Assembly (NCBI GenBank): GCA_964016885.1
Contig: OZ024760.1
Location: 28,582,001-28,646,000, forward strand
Source: Eledone cirrhosa
Taxonomy: Eukaryota
Reading direction: 5' to 3'
DNA: 64,000 nt
In this document: positions 51,134 to 64,000 of the stretch, in pieces
Position numbering within the stretch: the first letter of the stretch is position 1
Layout of the letters: each line of letters starts with the position of its first letter
Position numbers and translations under genes: made by a program
Notes under the pieces: model-generated
Told to the model about the DNA's origin: nothing
Seen by the model: the letters and a program-made list of their open reading frames with translations, nothing else
The model's database searches: none

Positions 51134-51638
51134 ATTCCCAGCATGCTGTGGATATACTTCGAAATATTGAATCTAAACTACATCCTCAAAATATTAACCT
51201 AAACGATGACATCGCCTCAATGGTGTGCATGATGGGCAGCCCTGTATTTCAACAGATTCTCAATCTTTTAGATTCTGTTGATGAATTAACACAGGTGCTG
51301 GAAACTCAGTCAATCCCTGACGAGTGTTACAGCTTCACTAAATCTGGTGACCTGGTTTTAAACCTCAACGACAATGCCATAAACAACCTGAAATACAACC
51401 CTACATTGGAGTTAACAGATAGTTCACACCCAACTGGAACTATCACTACTGAAGAATACAAGCAGGAGTTTCAGAAAGCCATTGAATCTGCTGCTAAAGG
51501 GAGGTCGGTGGTCCATATCAAATTATACAAGCCGGAGAATAGTGATTTAGGATTTGGAGTGGTTGGTATGAAAGATCCTGGCAAAGAAGACTCAGTAATT
51601 TTTATTAACGACATACAACCTGGAAGTGTTGCAGCAAG
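51134..51638 (+). CDS. Patj/MPDZ: Exon of a multiple-PDZ-domain scaffold (Patj/MPDZ family): L27 domain and first half of PDZ1
   Basis: TTTATCCAG acceptor and AG|GTAAGG donor; SPVFQQILNLLDSVDEL (L27) and EFQKAIESAAKGRSVVHIKLYKPENSDLGFGVVG..IFINDIQPGSVAAR resemble the MPDZ/PATJ N-terminus. Confidence 0.9.
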
Positions 51639-51697
51639 GTAAGGAAGACTTTATTTGCATTGAGTTAAAAATATATATATTTCTTATTATTTGCTAC

Positions 51698-52642
51698 ATC
51701 TGGTGGAAGGGACAGTGCCCATGGCCTTCACAGATCCTCTGGGTCCGGAGAGATTGATGTCTGGTAGGTCTGGAGGAAGGGACAGTGCCCATGGCCTTCA
51801 CAGATCCTCTGGGTCCCGAGAGATTGATGTCTGGTAGGTCTGGAGGAAGGGACAGTGCCCATGGCCTTCACAGATCCTCTGGGTCCCGAGAGATTGATGT
51901 CTGGTAGGTCTAGAGGAAGGGACAGTGCCCATGGCCTTCACAGATCCTCTGGGTCCAGAGAGATTGATGTCTGGTAGGTCTGGAGGAAGGGACAGTGCCC
52001 ATGGCCTTCACAGATCCTCTGGGTCCGGAGAGATTGATGTCTGGTAGGTCTGGAGGAAGGGACAGTGCCCATGGCCTTCACAGATCCTCTGGGTCCCGAG
52101 AGATTGATGTCTGGTAGGTCTAGAGGAAGGGACAGTGCCCATGGCCTTCACAGATCCTCTGGGTCCAGAGAGATTGATGTCTGGTAGGTCTGGAGGAAGG
52201 GACAGTGCCCATGGCCTTCACAGATCCTCTGGGTCCAGAGAGATTGATGTCTGATAGGTCTGGAGGAAGGGACAGTGCCCATGGCCTTCACAGATCCTCT
52301 GGGTCCAGAGAGATTGATGTCTGATAGGTCTGGAGGAAGGGACAGTGCCCATGGCCTTCACGGATCCTCTGGGTCCAGAGAGATTGATGTCTGATAGGTC
52401 TGGAGGAAGGGACAGTGCCCATGGCCTTCACAGATCTTCTGGGTCCAGAGAGATTGATGTCTGGTAGGTCTGGAGGAAGGGACAGTGCCCATGGCCTTCA
52501 CAGATCCTCTGGGTCCAGAGAGATTGATGTCTGGTAGGTCTAGAAGAAGGAACAGTGCCCATGGCCTTCACAGATCCTCTGGGTCCAGAGAGATTGATGT
52601 CTGGTAGGTCTGGAGGAAGGGACAGTGCCCATGGCCTTCACA
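51698..52642. repeat. 70-bp GC-rich minisatellite, ~13.5 copies
   Basis: Unit TCTGGAGGAAGGGACAGTGCCCATGGCCTTCACAGATCCTCTGGGTCCNGAGAGATTGATGTCTGRTAGG. Confidence 0.95.
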
Positions 52643-52727
52643 GGACTGCTAAGACTGGAAATATTGATGCTGTTGATGTTCTTTTTAGATTGCTGCAAGT
52701 CATTTCCTGTAGAAATTGCAGGGTGGG

Positions 52728-53520
52728 CTGGGTGCTTTTTGTTGTGACACCTACATGACCACTTTACAGTGTGTACTGGGTGCTTTTTGTTGTGACACCT
52801 ACATGACCACTTTACAGTGTGTACTGGGTACTTTTTGTTGTGACACCTACATGACCACTTTACAATGTGTACTGGGTACTTTTTGTTGTGACACCTACAT
52901 GACCACTTTACAGTGTGTACTGGGTACTTTTTGTTGTGACACCTACATGACCACTTTACAGTGTGTACTGGGTACTTTTTGTTGTGACACCTACATGACC
53001 ACTTTACAGTGTGTACTGGGTACTTTTTGTTGTGACACCTACATGACCACTTTACAATGTGTACTGGGTACTTTTTGTTGTGACACCTACATGACCACTT
53101 TACAGTGTGTACTGGGTACTTTTTGTTGTGACACCTACATGACCACTTTACAGTGTGTACTGGGTACTTTTTGTTGTGACACCTACATGACCACTTTACA
53201 ATGTGTACTGGGTACTTTTTGTTGTGACACCTACATGACCACTTTACAATGTGTACTGGGTACTTTTTGTTGTGACACCTACATGACCACTTTATAGTGT
53301 GTACTGGGTACTTTTTGTTGTGACACCTACATGACCACTTTACAGTGTGTACTGGGTACTTTTTGTTGTGACACCTACATGACCACTTTACAATGTGTAC
53401 TGGGTACTTTTTGTTGTGACACCTACATGACCACTTTATAGTGTGTACTGGGTACTTTTTGTTGTGACACCTACATGACCCCTTTACAATGTGGTTGGAT
53501 GCTTTTTTGTTGTGATACCT
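52728..53520. repeat. 45-bp minisatellite, ~17 copies, SINE-body derived
   Basis: Unit ACTTTACAGTGTGTACTGGGTACTTTTTGTTGTGACACCTACATGACC resembles SINE segment TTTACAGTGAGTGCTGGGTGCTTTTTTGCCGTGGCACCTCCACGATC (48934-48980). Confidence 0.9.
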
Positions 53521-54143
53521 ATGTGACTTTACTGTGTAAAAGTGGTGTGGACAGAAGTGTCTGGGTGGGTATATAGTGGATTAAGAGGTGCCTACTAGAT
53601 GTATGTTTGAGTCTGTGCACATGGGAGGGCATGTCTTCAGTATTACTGCATAACACCAAAGATCTCGTTCCTGTCTTTGAGATACAAGTCTAAAATCATC
53701 TATGGCAATAGACACGAGCGTATGGTGTCTTCCTTGCCGTGGGATCAAACTTAGAAACAGGTGGTTTGTAAAACAAACCTGTTAACCACACAGCCAAGTC
53801 AGTAGACACTTGAAAACTAATACAATATTATCAATGATGTAGTGAGTTTTTACAGCAAACTGGGAATCTTAAATTTAAGTTTAGAAGCACCTGTCAAGAT
53901 TAAAGCACAATTAGGAGGTGGGAAGATTTGTAAAGTTTGGACAAGGACAGACTCTTGAGAATGAGAGTTAGCCATTTTAGTGTTGAAAGAGAATGAGGAA
54001 GAATGTCTTGGTGGTTGTATTATGGATGTAAGTTGGTGGCATTCTGCCAGAAAGCCATCAATGAAAATAGAAACAAAAGAAATTGGATAGGTTCGAATTG
54101 GAACTTGAAGCAATGCCACAATTTAATAGCCTCTATGATCCCC

Positions 54144-54283
<140 letters not shown>

Positions 54284-54900
54284 ATTTCTCTCTTGCTCTC
54301 TCCTCTCTCTCTTTCTCTCTCCTCTCTCTCTTTCTCTCACTTTCTTTCTTTCTCTCTCTCTATCCACCCCCATACTCCCCTCTCTCTCCAAATCTTCCTT
54401 CACCCCTCTCTCCCTCTATAAATCTTCCTTCACCGCTCCCCCTCCCCCACTCCAAATCTTCCTTCACCCCCACCCCCATCTCTTTCCAGATAACATTGCA
54501 CTCAAGTTTTCCTTCTTTTGTTAAATATTTTTGGTGGAGGTGGCCATGGTGGGAAGGGGAGGAGACACAAGGTGATGATATGTAAAGTATGATGGATTGT
54601 ATCAGATAAACCCATCTCACCACCACCACCACCACCTCCACCACTGCCACCACCACTACACTACCTCCACCACTGCCACCACCACTACACTACCTCCACC
54701 ACTGCCACCACCACCTCCACCACTGCCACCACCACCTCCACCACTGCCACCACCACCACCACCACACCACCACCTCCATCACCACTGCCACTGCCACCGC
54801 CACCACCACCATCTACCACTCCATCACTCCTTCATTGTCAGCCTATGAATTTTTCAGCCGATACTTGTGTGCTTATATATAAATCTCTCTCTCTCTCTCC

Positions 54901-54931
<31 letters not shown>

Positions 54932-54945
54932 CATATATATATACA

Positions 54946-55803
54946 CAGGATGCGGACGACATTTGTTCGCAAGATTACTGTCTAGGAAAAAATAACACAG
55001 TAGTTTTATTTTTTAAGATATATTTATCAAACTTGGATCAGTTTGTCTTCATGACTTGTTCTTTCGATCTCATTCGATAAACCCGCCATTGGCTTTGATG
55101 ACGGCCTCAAGGCGGCCTACAGACCTTCATCACTGTCCCCCGACTTAGGCCCCTAAAGGCACTTGTGATCCTGGCCTTCAGATCGTCTTTCATATTGCAG
55201 CTAGATCTGTTGGTGTCTCATTCCACTGCACCCCACACAAAGAAGTCGAGGGGGTTGCAGTCAGGCGAGCTGGGAGGCCAGATATCAGGTGAAGTGTGGT
55301 CGACGAAGTTCTTTGACAGCCAGGCTTGGGTATTTCGGCTGGTATGGCAGGGCGCTGAGTCTTGCTGCCACACATACAGCCTACCTGCAGCTACCTGGTC
55401 GATCCAGGGCTTTACTACCTCATTGAGAACGTGGATGTAGCCATCGGTGTTCAGCTTGAGGCCTTCAGGGAAGAAGTTAGGTGGCATGACGTCACCTTGA
55501 CTGCTGACGACACCTAAGACCAATGTTGTCGCTGGAAACTGTCTTGGATGAGACAGCGAGCCACCTGTTGTTCTGGGAGTTGATCTTCTGGTCTTATTTG
55601 TCCTCCCGGCGCGGATTCCAAGAAGAACTCTGTGTCTCTTCCACAAATTTGTAGGTTCAAATTTATTCATAATCAATTATTCTGAAAATAAATAATGGAA
55701 ATATAGTCACTGTTTTTATGAAGACAAGAGTGACAACGGCAGTAAAAAAAATTTGCATAAAATTAGCAGTTGAAAATTGCGAACAAATATCGTCCGCTCC
55801 CTG
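54946..55803 (-). mobile_element. Internally deleted Tc1/mariner transposon, DD37D (maT) family
   Basis: TIRs CAGGATGCGGACGACATTTGTTCGCAA / TTGCGAACAAATATCGTCCGCTCCCTG-TA; WQQD-(37 aa)-D in WPPSSPDCNPLD; stop at 55218; middle of the ORF missing. Confidence 0.9.
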
Positions 55804-56440
55804 TATATAGTGAAAAGAAAACAAGGACGATTAGTTACTCCTTCATTACATTTAATGGTTGGTGTTGCGCGTTTCGCCACTGATCAGCTGAAGGTTTGAT
55901 TTGTATCGATTTTACCCGACTCTGTAATCTGTGGCTCGACGGACCCCTGGTAATGCTAGTAGAAAATGAATACATGCTGTATGATAAAGTCATAAGATGT
56001 TTAGCTTCACCACCCTTGCAAGCAGGGAAAAGCGGACGTAAAATGATGATGATGATGAATTATAAAGTAAACAACACAATATATAACTACCCCATTACAA
56101 GGTTTTTGATATGAAATCGTGTGTCGAAACAAATATTGTTATACTTGGGGAGGGTCACATTGAGGACTGAATGAATTAACTGTGGAGATATAAAAGATAC
56201 AGAAGCGAAAATCAACCAAACAGTGAGTGTGTTCTGTTATTATTTCTGGCAATATTATTACAACAATATGGTCCTCCCCAAGTATAACAATATATATAAA
56301 ACCAAAGATTAATATGGTTCATTGATTACTCAATGAATACAGTTTTACAATAGATTAAAAGCACTCAACAGTAAATTTCCTGGAGTTTTTAATATTATTC
56401 AAAATATTAACAAATGAAGATATTCACATAATCAAAATAT

Positions 56441-56508
56441 ATACTTTATTATATATATTTCAAAGGTACTGTGTTATTTTTTCAGTACGTCCTCATCAGA
56501 TAAAATAT
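56441..56508 (-). ncRNA. Minimal type-I hammerhead ribozyme fold, family H1 copy c (duplicated at 62424-62491)
   Basis: ATATTTTAT-CTGATGA-GGAC(GTACTG..CAGTAC)CTTT-GAAA-tatata-TA-ATAAAGTAT. Confidence 0.7.
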
Positions 56509-57849
56509 ATGATTTTATATATGACACACCGCTATATATATATATGATGATGATGATGATCTTGTCGACGATAATTATGACAGTGATAATGATGACGCTG
56601 ATGGTGATGATGATGATGATGGTGACAATGATGATGGTGACAATGATGATGATGGCTATGATGGCTATGATGATGGTTATGATGATGGTTATGATGATGG
56701 TTATGATGATGGTTATGATGATGGTTACTCAACCCAGTGTAATTAGCTTCATTACTCTAGTTACTGAAGTAAAACCTCGTTAACTAAGCTCTTAAATTTC
56801 CAATATTTAACCTTTTAAAAATATCCCAATTCCTCCTTTCACAATGAAACACTTTCACTTTAAATTTCACATTCACCCTCTCTCTCTCTCCCTCTCACTC
56901 CCCCCTCTATCTCTCTCTCTTACTCTCACACACCCCTATATCTCTCTCTCTTACTCCCCCTCTCTCTCTCTCACTCTCTCTCTCTCTCTCTCTCACTCTC
57001 TCCTTGTCTCTCTGTCTCTCTCTCTCTTTCTCTTACTCTCTCTCTCTCTCTCTCTTACTCCCCTCCCTCTCACTCTTACTCTGTCCCTCTCTCTCTCTCT
57101 GTCTCCCCCTATCTCTGCCCCCCCTCTCTCTCTTACGCCCCTCCCTCTCACTCTTACTCCCCCCCTCTCTCTGTCTCCCCCTATCTATGCCCCCCCTCTC
57201 TCTCTTACTCTCTCTCTCGCTTACTCCCCTCTCTCTCCCTGTCTCTCACTCTTACTCTCTCCCTGTACAATCATTCATAAAAAAAAGTTCAATCCCGCCA
57301 AGGTTAACTTTGCCTTTCATCCTTACAAGATTGATAAAATAAAGTACCAGTAATACACTGGAATCAATTTAACTAACTTTTCCCCTTCAAGTTGTTGGCC
57401 TAGAAATCATAATTACTCGCGTTTATGTTTGTTATTTGTGGTTAAAATAAAATATTTTAATTTCAAATGAAACAATCATTTGATGAATTTTATATTTTAT
57501 TTCTGAAAACAGAAATTAGAGAATGAGGATATGTATTGTCTGATGTAACGATAATTATACAAGATGTGTAGCATGCTTCGTTAAATTATATTGTCAAACC
57601 TAATTAAAACAGCAGTTGTTTAATGAAAGAACAATGTAGTTTTTCAGGAGTGTGGTGGAAGAAATATTACAGAAATATTACATTTAAATGTTTTCACAAA
57701 CCACAATTATATGTTACACTCTCATTTATATAATTATATTGTATATATATATTGAATAATTAATTGTAATTATAATTAATTGTATATATGCCTTAATAAG
57801 GAATCTCTATCTCTTTTTCTTTCTTTCTTTCTTTCTCTCTCTCTCTACT

Positions 57850-57916
57850 ATATATATATATATGTGTGTGTATATATATGTGTGTATATATATATATATG
57901 TGTGTATATATATATA

Positions 57917-57957
<41 letters not shown>

Positions 57958-57963
57958 TATGTG

Positions 57964-57994
<31 letters not shown>

Positions 57995-58054
57995 GTGTAT
58001 ATATATATATGTATATATGTATGTATATATATATATATATATATATATACATAC

Positions 58055-58085
<31 letters not shown>

Positions 58086-58342
58086 TATATATATATTATA
58101 CATCATATATATATATATATATATATATAATACATACATATATATGTATATTATATATATATATATACATATATATATTATATACATAGATATATAATAT
58201 ATATACATACATATATATATACATATATATATATATACATAGATATTATAATATATATATTATACATACATATATATATATAATATATATATATATAGAT
58301 ATATAGATACATATATATAGATACATACATATATATATATAC

Positions 58343-58399
<57 letters not shown>

Positions 58400-58429
58400 G
58401 CTATATATATATAATATATATATACATAG

Positions 58430-58461
<32 letters not shown>

Positions 58462-58462
58462 A

Positions 58463-58532
<70 letters not shown>

Positions 58533-58543
58533 TATATACATAC

Positions 58544-58588
<45 letters not shown>

Positions 58589-58639
58589 CTATATATATAT
58601 ACATATATATATACATATATATATATATACTATATATAT

Positions 58640-58674
<35 letters not shown>

Positions 58675-58681
58675 TACATAC

Positions 58682-58716
<35 letters not shown>

Positions 58717-58782
58717 GTATATATATATATATACATACATATATACATACATATATATATACATATATATATGTATACATAC

Positions 58783-58821
<39 letters not shown>

Positions 58822-58941
58822 CATACATATATATATATATATGTACATACATATATATATATATACATACATATATATATATACATACATATATATATAT
58901 ATACATACATATATATATATATACATACATATATATATATA

Positions 58942-58972
<31 letters not shown>

Positions 58973-59092
58973 CATACATATATATATATATACATATGTA
59001 TGTATATATATATATATATATATATACATATATATATACATATATATAATATATATAATATATATATATATAATATATATATATATACGTAT

Positions 59093-59126
<34 letters not shown>

Positions 59127-59277
59127 ATATATATACATATATATACTATATACTTATATATATATATATACATATATACTATATATACATACATATACAT
59201 ATATATATATATATATATAATATATAATACATACATATACATATATATATATATATATATATACATACATACATACA

Positions 59278-59309
<32 letters not shown>

Positions 59310-59887
59310 CATACATAAAGGAGCTCTTAAGAGTCAATGGCCATCCAAAATCACCGGGAGAGATGACCCCTTAGCCTTTGTCAAGGCAGAATTCTAGGAG
59401 AAGGAAAACTCTGATATAACACCTGCAACCCTGATGGTATCCAATGATGTTGACTTGTTCTTCTTTTTGGTAAATATCATCTTGGTTAAGAGAGTGGGAG
59501 CTGGCTTTGTGCAGTGCCTTTGCTCACTATAAAAGCTTCACGGCATAGGCATTGCTTTATATCTGGAGATCTCTCTGCACTTGTCGTCACATGGTACCAT
59601 GGGCCCAGCACCATGTGTCAGTAATTGTCACAAGTGTAGTGTTTGTACCAGAGTTTTCAAGTCACACTCGTTCAGCGCATCGGTAGGGGTTCTCCTACAT
59701 GTATATAAAGTAGTGGGCGTACTCGAAAACGAGTTGGCAGCCACCATGTATATATATATATGTATGTATGTATATATATATATATATGTATGTATGTATG
59801 TATGTATATATGTATGTATGTATATATGTATGTATATATGTATGTATGTAGTATATGTATATATATATATGTATGTGTATATATGTA

Positions 59888-59921
<34 letters not shown>

Positions 59922-59963
59922 TATATATGTATGTATATATGTGTATATATATATATATGTGTA

Positions 59964-60002
<39 letters not shown>

Positions 60003-60011
60003 ATATATGTG

Positions 60012-60047
<36 letters not shown>

Positions 60048-60471
60048 GTATATATGTATGTATATATGTAGATGTATATATATGTATGTATGTATATATA
60101 TTATGTATATATATATGTATATATATTTATATATGATATATATATATGTATATATATATATGTATATATATATGTATATATATATATGCTATATATATAT
60201 GTATGTATATATATATATGTATGTATATATATATATGTATGTATATATATGATGTATGATATATATATATTATGTATATATGTATGTATATATATAGTAT
60301 GTGATATGTATATATATGTATACTATATATATGTATGTATATTATTATGTATGTATATATATATATGTATTATATATGTATGTATATATATATGTATGTA
60401 TATATATATATGTATGTATATATGTATGTATATATATATATGTATGTATATATATGTATATATATGATATG

Positions 60472-60506
<35 letters not shown>

Positions 60507-60512
60507 GTATGT

Positions 60513-60548
<36 letters not shown>

Positions 60549-60650
60549 GTATGTTATATATGTATGTATATGTATGTATATATATGTATATATATGTATA
60601 TATATGTATGTATATATATGTATATATATATATGTATGTATATCATATGT

Positions 60651-60690
<40 letters not shown>

Positions 60691-61255
60691 GTATATATAT
60701 ATATGTATATATATATATGTATGTATATATATGTATATATATATATATGTATATATATATATGTATGTTATATATATGTATATATATATATGTATATATA
60801 TATATATGTATATATATATGTATGTATATATATGTATATATATATATGTATATATATATATGTATGTATATATATGTATATATATATATGTATATATAAT
60901 ATATGTATGTATATATATGTATATATATATATATGTATATATAATATATGTATGTATATATATGTATAATATATATGTATATATATGTATATATATATAT
61001 ATGTATATATATATATGTATGTATATATATGTATATATATATATGTTATATATATGGTATATATATATATGTATATATATATATGTATGTATATATTATT
61101 AGTATGTATGTATGTATGTATGTATGTATGTATGTATGTATGTATGTATGTATGTATGTATGTATGTATATATATGTTGTATATATATGTATGTATATAT
61201 ATATATATGTATGTATATATATATATATGTATGCTATATATATGTATGTATATAC

Positions 61256-61288
<33 letters not shown>

Positions 61289-61313
61289 CTATATATATGT
61301 ATATATATGTATG

Positions 61314-61344
<31 letters not shown>

Positions 61345-61565
61345 ATATATATATATGTATTGTATGTATATGTATGTATGTATGTATGTATATTGTATGT
61401 ATGTATATATATGTATGTATGTATATATATGTATGTATGTATATATATATCGTATGTATGTATATATATATACTATGTATGTATGTATGTATATATATAT
61501 GTATGTATGTATATATATATATGTATGTATGTATATATGTATATATATATATGTATATATATATG
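57850..61565. repeat. Long degenerate (TA)n/(TATG)n microsatellite field
   Basis: Direct reading; source of the many YI/CM-rich ORFs. Confidence 0.95.
59318..59746 (+). mobile_element. RTE-derived non-autonomous retroelement, copy 2
   Basis: Aligns with 9019-9423. Confidence 0.65.
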
Positions 61566-61698
61566 ACTTGGCCTTATCCAATTACAAGTATGAGAGTAGC
61601 TCAATTTAAAATAACAAATATACTACAGAGCTGAAATTACAAAGAGTGTTTATAAAGTATATATATATATATATATATATTATTCAAAATATTAATAA

Positions 61699-62019
61699 AC
61701 TAGCAGAGGTACCCGGCGTTGCTCGGGTATTAAATAGCAGTTGTGTATACCATTTATGTCAATACTTCAGTGCTGCTTCGAAAACTATACTTTTACAAAA
61801 TCATTGGCTTTTTCCAAAAGGGGGTTCCTGCCCCAGGGGTCCCCTACTCAATATGTGCCAATTCTGAGAGTTCACATTCATCTGCAGGACAAACGTAGCC
61901 CATGTGTCAAGTTTTGTGAAAACGTTTTGTTGCATTGCACTGCAGTGCTTCAGTCGACTCCAAGGAAGTGGTTAAAGGGGGTTATCTGCCGGGGGGCCCT
62001 ATAATCAATATCTGGAAAA
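61699..62019. mobile_element. Possible Helitron/Helentron-type non-autonomous element end
   Basis: ACTAGCAGAGG followed by hairpin TACCCGGC-gtt-GCTCGGGTA; truncated by the gap. Confidence 0.45.
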
Positions 62020-62219
62020 NNNNNNNNNNNNNNNNNNNNNNNNNNNNNNNNNNNNNNNNNNNNNNNNNNNNNNNNNNNNNNNNNNNNNNNNNNNNNNNNN
62101 NNNNNNNNNNNNNNNNNNNNNNNNNNNNNNNNNNNNNNNNNNNNNNNNNNNNNNNNNNNNNNNNNNNNNNNNNNNNNNNNNNNNNNNNNNNNNNNNNNNN
62201 NNNNNNNNNNNNNNNNNNN
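62020..62219. other. Assembly gap (200 N)
   Basis: Run of N. Confidence 1.
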
Positions 62220-63860
62220 TTATTATTTCTGGCAATATTATTACAACAATATGGTCCTCCCCAAGTATAACAATATATATAAAACCAAAGATTAATATGG
62301 TTCATTGATTACTCAATGAATACAGTTTTACAATAGATTAAAAGCACTCAACAGTAAATTTCCTGGAGTTTTTAATATTATTCAAAATATTAACAAATGA
62401 AGATATTCACATAATCAAAATATATACTTTATTATATATATTTCAAAGGTACTGTGTTATTTTTTCAGTACGTCCTCATCAGATAAAATATATGATTTTA
62501 TATATGACACACCGCTATATATATATATGATGATGATGATGATCTTGTCGACGATAATTATGACAGTGATAATGATGACGCTGATGGTGATGATGATGAT
62601 GATGGTGACAATGATGATGGTGACAATGATGATGATGGCTATGATGGCTATGATGATGGTTATGATGATGGTTATGATGATGGTTATGATGATGGTTATG
62701 ATGATGGTTACTCAACCCAGTGTAATTAGCTTCATTACTCTAGTTACTGAAGTAAAACCTCGTTAACTAAGCTCTTAAATTTCCAATATTTAACCTTTTA
62801 AAATATCCCAATTCTCCTTTCACAATGAAACACTTTCACTTTAAATTTCACATTCACCCTCTCTCTCTCTCCCTCTCACTCCCCCCTCTATCTCTCTCTC
62901 TTACTCTCACACAACCCCCTATATCTCTCTCTCTTACTCCCCCTCTCTCTCTCTCACTCTCTCTCTCTCTCTCTCTCACTCTCTCCTTGTCTCTCTGTCT
63001 CTCTCTCTCTTTCTCTTACTCTCTCTCTCTCTCTCTCTTACTCCCCTCCCTCTCACTCTTACTCTGTCCCTCTCTCTCTCTCTGTCTCCCCCTATCTCTG
63101 CCCCCCCTCTCTCTCTTACGCCCCTCCCTCTCACTCTTACTCCCCCCCTCTCTCTGTCTCCCCCTATCTATGCCCCCCCTCTCTCTCTTACTCTCTCTCT
63201 CGCTTACTCCCCTCTCTCTCCCTGTCTCTCACTCTTACTCTCTCCCTGTACATCATTCATAAAAAAAAGTTCAAATCCCGCCAAGGTTAACTTTGCCTTT
63301 CATCCTTACAAGATTGATAAAATAAAGTACCAGTAATACACTGGAATCAATTTAACTAACTTTTCCCCTTCAAGTTGTTGGCCTAGAAATCATAATTACT
63401 CGCGTTTATGTTTGTTATTTGTGGTTAAAATAAAATATTTTAATTTCAAATGAAACAATCATTTGATGAATTTTATATTTTATTTCTGAAAACAGAAATT
63501 AGAGGAATGAGGATATGTATTGTCTGATGTAACGATAATTATACAAGATGTGTAGCATGCTTCGTTAAATTATATTGTCAAACCTAATTAAAACAGCAGT
63601 TGTTTAATGAAAGAACAATGTAGTTTTTCAGGAGTGTGGTGGGAAGAAATATTACAGAAATATTACATTTAAATGTTTTCACAAACCACAATTATATGTT
63701 ACACTCTCATTTATATAATTATATTGTATATATATATTGAATAATTAATTGTAATTATAATTAATTGTATATATGCCTTAATAAGGAATCTCTATCTCTT
63801 TTTCTTTCTTTCTTTCTTTCTCTCTCTCTCTAATATTATATATATGTGTGTGTATATATA
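62220..63860 (+). repeat. Near-identical direct duplicate of 56237-57875
   Basis: Offset ~5983 bp; differences are mostly 1-2-nt indels. Confidence 0.95.
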
Positions 63861-64000
63861 TGTGTGGTATAGATGATAGTAGTATGTGGTGTATAGTATT
63901 TATGAGTGTATAGTATATATAGATAGTAGTATATAGTATACTTGATAGGTGTGTTATAGTAGAGAGTATATATGTATGTATGTATGTGTGTAGTGGTATA

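Noticed and set aside
52716-53297. Cys-rich repeat protein (CCDTYMTTLQCVLGTF)
   Set aside because: 45-bp SINE-derived minisatellite; later units carry a TAG stop.
55860-55895. Hammerhead remnant GGCGAAACGCGC on minus strand
   Set aside because: Core reads CTGATCA, and the cleavage site and stem I are not recoverable.
57793-61634. Numerous Y/I/C/M-rich ORFs here and at 1418-3760
   Set aside because: Translations of (TA)n/(TATG)n microsatellites.

Overview
Repeat-saturated, AT-rich animal genomic DNA. The SINE repertoire and (TA)n load suggest a cephalopod such as octopus (inference, not shown). The only host protein-coding sequence I can support is the 5' end of a Patj/MPDZ-type multi-PDZ scaffold gene on the + strand: a 16-nt first coding segment (42779-42794, MSLID) spliced in phase to a 505-nt exon (51134-51638) encoding an L27 domain and the start of PDZ1. 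About a third of the window is a 25-bp satellite (~11143-32025) whose main variable site is a decaying CpG and which carries ~3.4-3.6 kb higher-order duplications. The rest is CORE-type and Meta-type SINEs, CR1 and RTE LINE fragments, a 5'-truncated Penelope-like element, a DD37D (maT) Tc1/mariner relic, MITEs, several minisatellites born from SINE/LINE sequence, a tRNA-like gene with a GGC anticodon, and a 200-N gap followed by a probable false duplication. The most notable hidden signal is a set of minimal type-I hammerhead-ribozyme folds from several unrelated sequence families. They are tied to Penelope-like terminal repeats, and some have become fold-back palindromes. Nearly all ORFs in the supplied track are microsatellite artefacts.
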